58,725 nucleotides of DNA, from NCBI GenBank assembly GCA_964628095.1, contig CAZVLR010000004.1, forward strand, positions 1 to 58,725, written 5' to 3'. Below the pieces are notes generated by a model. That model was not told where the DNA came from. It did not search any database and saw only the letters and a list, made by a program, of their open reading frames with translations. Origin of the DNA: an uncultured Candidatus Saccharibacteria bacterium. Lineage in GTDB: Bacteria; Patescibacteriota; Minisyncoccia; Minisyncoccales; CAZVLR01. Shown here piece after piece: positions 9,507 through 17,126 of this stretch. The translations under genes and the position numbers were made by a program. The stretch's first letter is position 1, and every line of letters starts with the position of its first letter.

Positions 9507-10877
9507 TTATGCAGGCATTGCCAAAGGCGGATTATTCTTTTCAAATTCTGCTACTTTTAACTTCATTTTTGATGAAACTTCTTTTTCCTGATTAAAAACA
9601 TTATTTTTTTCTCCCGGATCCTTTTCCAAATTATATAACTCTTCAACCCGGCGAATCTTATCAAAAATGTATTTCCAAGGACCATCTTGGCAAGCAATGT
9701 TATAACGACCGAATCTTTTTTTAACCTGCTCTGCATTCATCTCGCTCGTGCCAAAATGGGAAGAAGCCTGAAAATAAAGAGGATGGGTGGGAGATAAAAA
9801 CAAATCCCCGCCTTTAAAAGACTTGGGCTTTTCTATTTCCAAAAAGTTCAAAATCGTAGGTGCTAAATCTATTAAGGAAACCGGGTAATCGATAATTTTA
9901 TGATTTTCCCCAGGCAACTTTATTAAAAGCGGCACTTTAACGTTTTCCTGGTAAAGCCGGCAGCTAAAGTGCGATACCCCGCCCCGCTCGAAAAATTCCT
10001 CCCCGTGATCAGAAGTTAAAATAATTAAAGAATCCTGGTAGAGGTTCTCTTTTTTTAAAAAATTAATAAAGCTGCCGAATTCCTGGTCAAAACACTCCAC
10101 GCCCTGTTCATATAAATCAATAGTTTTTGAAAAATATTTTCCAAAAAACTTTCTTAATTTACCCTTTTTAGGATAGTCATTCAAATAATTAACATAGCTG
10201 CCGGCCACCGCTTCGTCAAAATCGCAAAAGTTATTGGCCTCGTAACTGGCCTTGGAAATATACGGACCGTGCACATCCATGTAATGAACCCAAAGGAAAA
10301 AGGGGTTTGAATCGTTTTTTACCGAAAGAATAAACTCTTTGGCGGTTTTGTTAATCTGGCTGGCTTTTACTTTTAAACCAGTTTGTAAAATACCTTCCTT
10401 GTCTTTAGCGTATTTTATCTTAAAGAAAGTTTGAGGCGAAAACGTAAGTAAGAAATTCTTAAAAATTTCTTTTGAAAAATCTTTTACGGGGCTTTTTTGC
10501 GCTAATTTACCGGTTGCCAGAACATTATCTTCAAAGTAATCCCAGCCCTGGTTATAGCCAAAAAGCCCGGAAAGAAAAGGATTGGCATGAAAAGCGGCGG
10601 TATTGTAGCCGGCCCCCTTTAAAACTTCGCTTAAAAGAAATCGCGGCTTTTCTATTTTATGCGGCCCCTGATAATCCAAAGGATAGGTGGAAGTTAAAAC
10701 ACTCGGGAAAACATAGGGCGTGGAAGGACCCGTAGAAAAAGCATTGGTAAAAACTGCGCTTTCTAAAGAAAATTTATCCATGTTCGGGCTAATTTTTTTC
10801 TCACAACCCAAAAACCCCAGGCGGTCGGCCCTTAATGAATCGATTGTTATTAAAATGATATTAGAATACTTTTTCAC
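9507..10877 (-). CDS. Sulfatase-fold (alkaline phosphatase superfamily) protein, non-formylglycine Thr type, paralog A
   Basis: NIILITIDSLRAD, HYMDVH, TSDHGEEF, ELYNL..DPGE; nucleophile region GPSTPYVFPS; GTG start; no signal peptide. Confidence 0.85.
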   Translation of the reverse strand: MKKYSNIILITIDSLRADRLGFLGCEKKISPNMDKFSLESAVFTNAFSTGPSTPYVFPSVLTSTYPLDYQGPHKIEKPRFLLSEVLKGAGYNTAAFHANPFLSGLFGYNQGWDYFEDNVLATGKLAQKSPVKDFSKEIFKNFLLTFSPQTFFKIKYAKDKEGILQTGLKVKASQINKTAKEFILSVKNDSNPFFLWVHYMDVHGPYISKASYEANNFCDFDEAVAGSYVNYLNDYPKKGKLRKFFGKYFSKTIDLYEQGVECFDQEFGSFINFLKKENLYQDSLIILTSDHGEEFFERGGVSHFSCRLYQENVKVPLLIKLPGENHKIIDYPVSLIDLAPTILNFLEIEKPKSFKGGDLFLSPTHPLYFQASSHFGTSEMNAEQVKKRFGRYNIACQDGPWKYIFDKIRRVEELYNLEKDPGEKNNVFNQEKEVSSKMKLKVAEFEKNNPPLAMPA

Positions 10878-12294
10878 CTTTTTTTAAAAGCGCCAAGGGC
10901 GGATTTGTTTTTTCAAATTCCTTGACTCTTTCTCTCATTTCAAATAATGTTTTCTCATTTTTAAAAGCAAGATTGGCCCTTTCTCCCGGATCCTTTTTAA
11001 GATCGTAGAGCTCTTCTTTTTCGTTTCCGTGGTTAATAATATATTTCCAGTTTTCTGACTGGCAGGCAGCCCGGCATTCGGTAAACTTTTCTACCTCTAC
11101 CCATTTTTCAATTTTATCTTCTCCCGCCCAGCCGGACTGATGAAAAATTATCTCCCGATCATAATTAAAAAGATTTTTACCTTTAAATGCGCCGGGTACA
11201 TTAACGCCCGATAATTCGCAAAGCGTAGAGGGTAAATCGATTAAAGATACTTTTTTTGTAATTTTTTGGGGCGATTTTCCAGGAATTTTGATTAATAGAG
11301 GCACCTTCAACAATTCATTGTAAAGTTTATCGGTAATGTGGTCTGTGCCTTCGTGCTCTAAAAATTCCTCCCCGTGGTCGGCCGTTAAGCAGATAATGGA
11401 ATTATTATAAAGATCGTTCTTTTTTAAAAATTCCAGCAATTCTTTTATTTTTACATCCAGTTTTTCTACGGCCTGATCGTAAAGATTAATGCTGTATTTA
11501 AGGTGCTTTCTGGCGAATTTTTTAAAAATGAAATTTGAGGAAGCATAATAATCGGAGGCGAAAACTGGCAAAACAATGGCTAAAAAATCTAAAAAGGAAA
11601 CGTTTTTCTCCTCGGGAAAATCGTTATAACGGTGTACATCCATGTAATGAACCCAAAGAAAAAAGGGCGCCTGCTGGATTTTCATGGAAAAAATGCAGTC
11701 TCTGATGGTTTTATCAAAAGAAGCGGGGCTAATTGCCGATTTGTCGCTCTTGGAAACTTTTTTTGAGGCTTTGATTTTATACTTTAAATAAAGAGTCCAA
11801 AAGAAGAAAATCGGAATGGAGTTAAAGGTTATTTTAATAAAAGCGTTAATCAGGGACTGGCGGAAAGAAAAAGCAACGCCTTTTCTTTTGCTGATAATCC
11901 CTTTTTCAGGAGAAAAAATTATGTTTTTGGGAGGATTAAATAACTCTTCAAAAAAATCCCAGCCCTGGTCATAACCAAAAAAACTGGAGAGGTAGGCACT
12001 GGAATGAAAGGCCGCAGTGCTATATCCCTGCTCTTTTAAAACCTGGCTTATCATCACTCTCGGTTTTCCAATTTGTCTCGGCCCCATATAATCCAAGGGA
12101 TAAGTAGAAGTTAAAATTGACGGGAAAGAATAGGGAGTACCGGGCCCGGTGGCAAAAGCATTGGTAAAAACCGCTGATTCTTGGACCAATTTGTCAATAT
12201 TCGGACTAATATTTTTCTCATAACCCATAAAGCCCAAGCGGTCAGCCCGCAAGGCGTCGATGGTGATTAAAATGATATTTGGTTTGTTCTTCAT
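10861..12294 (-). CDS. Sulfatase-fold protein, non-formylglycine Thr type, paralog B
   Basis: PNIILITIDALRAD, HYMDVH, TADHGEEF, ELYDL..DPGE; nucleophile region GPGTPYSFPS. Confidence 0.85.
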   Translation of the reverse strand: MKNKPNIILITIDALRADRLGFMGYEKNISPNIDKLVQESAVFTNAFATGPGTPYSFPSILTSTYPLDYMGPRQIGKPRVMISQVLKEQGYSTAAFHSSAYLSSFFGYDQGWDFFEELFNPPKNIIFSPEKGIISKRKGVAFSFRQSLINAFIKITFNSIPIFFFWTLYLKYKIKASKKVSKSDKSAISPASFDKTIRDCIFSMKIQQAPFFLWVHYMDVHRYNDFPEEKNVSFLDFLAIVLPVFASDYYASSNFIFKKFARKHLKYSINLYDQAVEKLDVKIKELLEFLKKNDLYNNSIICLTADHGEEFLEHEGTDHITDKLYNELLKVPLLIKIPGKSPQKITKKVSLIDLPSTLCELSGVNVPGAFKGKNLFNYDREIIFHQSGWAGEDKIEKWVEVEKFTECRAACQSENWKYIINHGNEKEELYDLKKDPGERANLAFKNEKTLFEMRERVKEFEKTNPPLALLKKGEKVF

Positions 12295-13460
12295 AAAATA
12301 TTGCCAACGGCAATAATTTTTCCCTTATTTTTTAAAACGATCTTTCCCAAAATTGTTTTGCCGCTTGAATCAAAAACAACCGGCTTTTCCAAAAAAATAT
12401 TGTAGTTAGTTTTTGTTCCTTCTTTGGCTGATTCTAAATCCTGCAAAATACCTGAAACCTGGGCCGTACCGCATTCTAAAATTAAGTCGGCTTTTGAAGG
12501 TTTTTCAATCCAAAAAATCTCACCGGCCAATTTGTTGCTGGTTAAAAACTGCCCTGGTTCTAAAACGCCGACTGATCCCCGAAAAACCGGTAAGGAGTTT
12601 AAAACAACCAAGCCAATATTCTGCCCGGCTTCGGCTTTTTTAATCTCTCCCTCGGAATCGCGGATTTCCTGAATTTTTAATTTTTGGTTTTGGGGTAAAA
12701 AAATTATTTCCTGGCCAATATTTACTTGGCCAGTTTGCACCTGGCCCACCAAAACTTCCTGGCCGGCTTCCTCGTATTTATCCTGAATTAAAAAGCTAAA
12801 AGGCAGCTTTGAAAAATCTTCGAGTCCGGCAATTTCTCTCTCTAAATACTCCATTATTGTCGGCCCCGTATACCAAGATGTCTGGCTGGATTTTTCAACA
12901 ACGTTATCGCCGCCTCGGGCTGAAATCGGAAAAAACTGTATCTTTTCTAAATTATAGCCAATCTCCTTTAAAATCTGTTCTATCTGGCCCTTCATTTCTT
13001 CAAAGGCAGATTGTTTAAATTCAATAGAATCCATTTTATTAATTGCCACGCCCAGCTGCAAAATGCCCAATAATTTGGCAATTTCCAAATGCTGCCGGGT
13101 TTGCTCTTCAATGCCCTCCTGAATGGAAGCCAAAAGTATGGCGCCCTTGGCATTAGACGCACCGGTTAGCATGTTAGCAATTAATTCGGCATGGCCCGGC
13201 ACGTCTATTAACTGGTAATTCCTTTCTTTACCCTTTAAAAAAGCCCGGGTGGTATCCATGGTCATTTCCCGCTCTCTTTCTTCTTTAAAGCTATCCACCA
13301 AATGCGCTAATTCAAACTGCCGACCGCAGCTTTCATCCACCTCTTTTACTTCCTGGTAGCGGCTTTCTTTTATAGACTTGGTATCCAAAACCAGCCGCCC
13401 AATTAAGGTAGATTTGCCGTGGTCTTTATGGCCGATTAAAACAATGGGTATTTCTTGCAT
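12291..13460 (-). CDS. cysN: Sulfate adenylyltransferase GTPase subunit (no APS-kinase fusion)
   Basis: GHKDHGKSTLIGRL, EERE..MTMD, DVPGH, QTRQH, INKMD, ISA..GDNVV..S..WY.GPT; next to cysD. Confidence 0.82.
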   Translation of the reverse strand: MQEIPIVLIGHKDHGKSTLIGRLVLDTKSIKESRYQEVKEVDESCGRQFELAHLVDSFKEEREREMTMDTTRAFLKGKERNYQLIDVPGHAELIANMLTGASNAKGAILLASIQEGIEEQTRQHLEIAKLLGILQLGVAINKMDSIEFKQSAFEEMKGQIEQILKEIGYNLEKIQFFPISARGGDNVVEKSSQTSWYTGPTIMEYLEREIAGLEDFSKLPFSFLIQDKYEEAGQEVLVGQVQTGQVNIGQEIIFLPQNQKLKIQEIRDSEGEIKKAEAGQNIGLVVLNSLPVFRGSVGVLEPGQFLTSNKLAGEIFWIEKPSKADLILECGTAQVSGILQDLESAKEGTKTNYNIFLEKPVVFDSSGKTILGKIVLKNKGKIIAVGNIL

Positions 13461-13498
13461 GAGCTTTAATAAAAGGCAAATTAAGAATTAAATATATT

Positions 13499-14269
13499 TT
13501 ATGTGTAACCAAGGTCTCTCAACCTTTTCATTATTTCTTCTCGCACTACGCCTCTCCCTGCTCGTTCGTGCGCGTTCGGATCGGGATTTTTTTCCGTACA
13601 AACCACGCAACCCAAGGAAGTATAACCTCTGGCATAAAGCGGGTTGCATTCAATATTGTACTTTTTAACGTAATCTAGAATATCTTTTTTCCTCCAGAAT
13701 AAAAGAGGGTGAACCCTAAGATGATCTGGATTTTTTCTGGGCGAGAAGAAAACTTCTTTGGCCCGCTCTTCGTGCTCCACACCCCGCAAGCCCACAAAAA
13801 AGGCTTCAAAGCCAAAATCTCCGATCGCTTTCATCATCGGAGCTATTTTGTGATAGCCGCAGCAAATAGCGGTAAAATCCGCTGTTTTTAAGCCGTATTT
13901 ATCTATCAACTTTTCCAATTTGTCTTCCTCGGCTTTAACAGTGTGGAAGTTTTTTATATTCCATTCCTTCACCACTTTGTTGATGAACTCGTAGGTTTCT
14001 GGAAATTCGTGCTGGGTATCGACAAAAACAATCGGCGTGTTCTCGGGCAAAAAAGGCAAAGCCAAATGCATTAAAACCAAACTGTCGGTACCGCCGCTAA
14101 ACCCCAAACCGATTTTAGGGTATTTAGCCAAGGCTTCTTTTATGATTTCTTGCGATTTGGCTACTTTTTCCTCCAAAGGAAGGTCTAATAAAGCCCGCGC
14201 TTCGGGAATCATTAGCTCTTCGCAATTTTTTGTCCTTTGTTCGGTAAAATCTATTTTTTGATTTTCCAT
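13499..14269 (-). CDS. PAPS/APS reductase-family PP-loop protein with CC...CxxC motif, lacking C-terminal ECGLH (CysH/CysD hybrid)
   Basis: FSGGTDS, CC at aa 136-137, YTSLGCVVCT (CxxC at aa 221-224), ERAGR, ends MKRLRDLGYT. Confidence 0.78.
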   Translation of the reverse strand: MENQKIDFTEQRTKNCEELMIPEARALLDLPLEEKVAKSQEIIKEALAKYPKIGLGFSGGTDSLVLMHLALPFLPENTPIVFVDTQHEFPETYEFINKVVKEWNIKNFHTVKAEEDKLEKLIDKYGLKTADFTAICCGYHKIAPMMKAIGDFGFEAFFVGLRGVEHEERAKEVFFSPRKNPDHLRVHPLLFWRKKDILDYVKKYNIECNPLYARGYTSLGCVVCTEKNPDPNAHERAGRGVVREEIMKRLRDLGYT

Positions 14270-14314
14270 AATTTTAATTAATTTATTAATGTTTTATTCG
14301 ACCTTTTAAATTGC

Positions 14315-15097
14315 TTACATATATCCTAATTCTCTTAATCTCTGCATTACGTATTCTTTTTCTTTATCCAACTCCCGGCCGCTTCTTTCCCCCACCTGGC
14401 TGATTTTCAATTCTTCGATAATCTTATCGATATTGTCGGCATTAGATTCGACCGGATGGGTAACTTCTTTGTAACCCAAACTCCGGAATCTTTTGCCGTC
14501 TTTGGCTAAATATAAAGGGTTAAAAGGAAGGTTTTTTTCCTTGGTATACTCCCAAATATTCAGCTCGGTCCAGTGAAGCAAGGGGTGGATGCGCACGTGC
14601 GAAGCGTCGTCAAACTCTGAAACGTAACTGAAGATTTCTGGCGGCTGATTCTCAAAATTCCATTTAAAATCCTTGTTTCGAGGCGAAAAATATCTTTCCT
14701 TGGCCCGAATGCCGTGCTCGTCTCTTCTTATAGAAACAATCAAAGCGTCAAAACCTTTTTCATCAAGCATTTTTTTCAAAGCCTCGGCCTTATTCAACCC
14801 TTCGGTGGTGCCAGAAATGCTGTCGGCTTCAGGATTAACTTTACCGACTAAAAGATTCAAGTTCCAATCTTTAGCGAGCTTATCTCTAAAAGCATACGTT
14901 TCATCAAAATCGTGGCCGCTGTCCAGATTAATCACCGGGAAGGGAATTTTCCCAAAAAAAGCCCTCTGGCACAAGTAAAGCATGCAGGTGGAGTCTTTCC
15001 CCATAGACCATAATACCGCCGGGTTTTTGAACTTAGCCCTTACCTCTCTTAAAATATATATGCTTTTTTGCTCTAGTTGTTGAAGATTAAAATCCAT
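14315..15097 (-). CDS. cysD: Sulfate adenylyltransferase subunit 2
   Basis: LEQKSIYILRE, LWSMGKDS, RRDE..RAKERYFSPR, RIHPLLHWTE..IWEY, RFRSLG, ERSGR..M..LRELGYM. Confidence 0.88.
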   Translation of the reverse strand: MDFNLQQLEQKSIYILREVRAKFKNPAVLWSMGKDSTCMLYLCQRAFFGKIPFPVINLDSGHDFDETYAFRDKLAKDWNLNLLVGKVNPEADSISGTTEGLNKAEALKKMLDEKGFDALIVSIRRDEHGIRAKERYFSPRNKDFKWNFENQPPEIFSYVSEFDDASHVRIHPLLHWTELNIWEYTKEKNLPFNPLYLAKDGKRFRSLGYKEVTHPVESNADNIDKIIEELKISQVGERSGRELDKEKEYVMQRLRELGYM

Positions 15098-15109
15098 ATT
15101 TTTAATTAT

Positions 15110-15856
15110 TTACTTTGTTTGATATTTTAAAATTAAATCCAGGCCTTTTTTATTTTTAAAATATTTCTTTAAAATTTTGGCGTTGGGCACAATGCAGTGG
15201 CCGCCAATGCCGCCCCTGGGAGAAAAAAGCACGGGCCTAACCACCTGGGGCATGCCTAATTTGGCATAGCCTTCGTTGTAGGTTTTGTTAAAATCGCGAA
15301 CGGCAGCTTCAAAATTAACCCCGAATTTTTTGCACATTTCTGCCATTTCAGCGTGCCAAGCAATACAAACACCGTAATAAGAAGTATCCAGTAACTTTCC
15401 CAGTTCAGTAGTTGAAGACGGATAAAAAACCTTAGTCTTAATACCTAAGCTTTCAAGGTGCGATTGGGCCGCCTTACCTGCTTCCTGACTGTCGGCGCCA
15501 ATATATTTCACAAAGGTTTTAACGCCCTCGTATAAATAAGGATGGATACCCCTAATCGGGCTGTGCACCACATTGATTCTTTTTGAAATCGCTTTAGCAA
15601 TTTTTTTAGTGGTGCCCGGAATAATTGTAGAATGAATAATAACCAATTCCGGATTTGTAGATTTTATTTCCTTTAAAGCGGTTGATATAAATTTGTCGTT
15701 CCAAGGAATGCAAACATGCAGAATTTGAACGCCTGAAAAATCGTCTTTTCTTTTTAAGTCTTTTATTAAGGGTTTTTTATAAAATTTGGCGATGGCCTGC
15801 CCCACTTCCCCAAAGCCCAGAATTCCCACTTTTTTTTGCGCTTTATTATTTTTCAT
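15110..15856 (-). CDS. Short UDP-glucose/GDP-mannose dehydrogenase-family protein (N-terminal and central domains only)
   Basis: GILGFGEVG, IIHST..PGTT, HSPIRG, ELGKLLDT, GIGGHCI; start moved to ATG 15856. Confidence 0.7.
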   Translation of the reverse strand: MKNNKAQKKVGILGFGEVGQAIAKFYKKPLIKDLKRKDDFSGVQILHVCIPWNDKFISTALKEIKSTNPELVIIHSTIIPGTTKKIAKAISKRINVVHSPIRGIHPYLYEGVKTFVKYIGADSQEAGKAAQSHLESLGIKTKVFYPSSTTELGKLLDTSYYGVCIAWHAEMAEMCKKFGVNFEAAVRDFNKTYNEGYAKLGMPQVVRPVLFSPRGGIGGHCIVPNAKILKKYFKNKKGLDLILKYQTK

Positions 15857-15860
15857 ATTT

Positions 15861-16574
15861 TTATTGCCATTTTTTAATCGCCCTTGAATAACGTTCAAAA
15901 GTCCCGCAATCAGACCAGGAACCTTCAAATTTAAAACCGGCCAGCTTTTTTTCTTTAGCTAAATTGGGGAAAATCTCTTTTTCCACCATGCAGAATTTAG
16001 GCCCTTGGTGGTAATCAAAAATACCGGGGTTAAAAAGATACAGCCCGGAATTAATGTATTTTGAAGGCGGGTTTTCCGGCTTTTCCAAAAACTCCTTAAT
16101 CAGGCCCCGCTCGCACAAAACCACGCCGTAATCAGAAGGATTGGATACTGAAACCAATGCTAAGGTGCCCAAAACTGGCTTTTCTTTATGAAAAGAAGCC
16201 ATTTGTTTTAGGTTTATCTTCTTTAGCTCGTCGCCATTAGTTAAGAAAAAGGGACTCTGGCCCAGCCATTTTTTAAGATAAAACAGGCCGCCAAAAGTGC
16301 CCAAAGGCTCCTTTTCTTCAAAAAAAGTAAGCCGGGGATTGTTTTTAGGATAATATCTTTTCTGCCACCAAATAAATTCGTCCTTAAATTCGCTGCTTAC
16401 CAAAACCGCAATGTCTTTTATGCCCTGCTGGCAAAAAAGATCCACCAAATAGTTGATGATCGGCTTTCTTTTAACGGGCAGCAAGGGTTTGGGTATTTCG
16501 TAGGTAATGGGATACAGTCGTGTACCCTTGCCCCCGGCTAATATTACCGCTTTGTATTTGGAAAGATTTTGCAT
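15861..16574 (-). CDS. NDP-sugar pyrophosphorylase (mannose-1-phosphate guanylyltransferase-like nucleotidyltransferase)
   Basis: ILAGGKGTRLYPIT...PKPLL, EPLGTFG, NGD, FLEKP, INSGLY, WSDCG. Confidence 0.88.
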   Translation of the reverse strand: MQNLSKYKAVILAGGKGTRLYPITYEIPKPLLPVKRKPIINYLVDLFCQQGIKDIAVLVSSEFKDEFIWWQKRYYPKNNPRLTFFEEKEPLGTFGGLFYLKKWLGQSPFFLTNGDELKKINLKQMASFHKEKPVLGTLALVSVSNPSDYGVVLCERGLIKEFLEKPENPPSKYINSGLYLFNPGIFDYHQGPKFCMVEKEIFPNLAKEKKLAGFKFEGSWSDCGTFERYSRAIKKWQ

Positions 16575-16619
16575 AAATTAAAAAATATGGCAAAACTTTG
16601 AGAAATAAAAAGAAACCAC

Positions 16620-16865
16620 TTACCAATTTTCAATGGTTTCTCTGGTTTTGTCTTTTAACTTTTTATAGACGCCGTAAACCTTGCTTTCCACCTGAGGCGA
16701 AACCAAATTCAAAATTTCGCTCCCCCAAATCCGGTACTGGCCGCCCACTTTATAGGCTTTTAAAATGCCGCCTTTTAGCATTCTTTTAATAGTGCTCTCG
16801 CTGATTTTTAAAAAATCGCGCGCTTCTTCGGTAGTATAAATTTCGTTGGGCTTAATTTCCGCCAT
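16620..16865 (-). CDS. Small HTH_17 (excisionase/BldC-like) DNA-binding protein heading the glycan operon
   Basis: YTTEEARDFLKISESTIKRMLKGGILKAYKVGGQYRI is a typical MerR/Xis-like winged HTH. Confidence 0.85.
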   Translation of the reverse strand: MAEIKPNEIYTTEEARDFLKISESTIKRMLKGGILKAYKVGGQYRIWGSEILNLVSPQVESKVYGVYKKLKDKTRETIENW

Positions 16866-17001
16866 AAGATTTAAAAACTTTTTAGTTGATTATTAAAAAT
16901 CAATCCCCTCAAAAAAGAGAGGAAAGAATGTTTTTTATTGATTGTTTTACGAACTTTTGGCCTTTTTAATATTGAAAAATCCTCTTACTCTAGCTATTTT
17001 A

Positions 17002-17030
17002 AGTATAAGCTAACCATCAAAGGGTGTCAA
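17002..17030 (-). promoter_or_regulatory. Sigma70 promoter of the HTH/glycan operon
   Basis: TTGACA(17030-17025)-17 nt-TATACT(17007-17002). Confidence 0.8.
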
Positions 17031-17050
17031 TAGGTGTCAAAGAGTATCTT

Positions 17051-17059
17051 TGTGGATAA
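17051..17059. promoter_or_regulatory. Perfect DnaA-box sequence
   Basis: TGTGGATAA is the reverse complement of TTATCCACA; a 1-mismatch box TTTTCCACA lies at 17082-17090. Confidence 0.4.
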
Positions 17060-17069
17060 CTTTAAAGCT

Positions 17070-17094
17070 AAAAACGGGCTGTTTTCCACAGCCC
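17070..17094 (-). terminator. Intrinsic terminator after the peptidase gene
   Basis: Minus strand GGGCTG-TGGAAAA-CAGCCC-GTTTTT. Confidence 0.6.
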
Positions 17095-17126
17095 TTAAGA
17101 TTAAAAGGGTTATTATTAAGAACTCT

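Noticed and set aside
12291-13460. EF-Tu/EF-1A/SelB translation factor
   Set aside because: QTRQH and GDNV..S..WY.GPT features and adjacency to cysD fit CysN better.
13499-14269. DndC/SspD-type DNA phosphorothioation or other DNA-modification defence gene
   Set aside because: Same PP-loop family, but there are no dnd/ssp partners, the protein is short, its tail is CysD-like and the context is a glycan operon.
17041-17126. Replication origin
   Set aside because: Only one perfect and one imperfect DnaA box, no dnaA/dnaN nearby and no strand switch here; GC skew was not computed.
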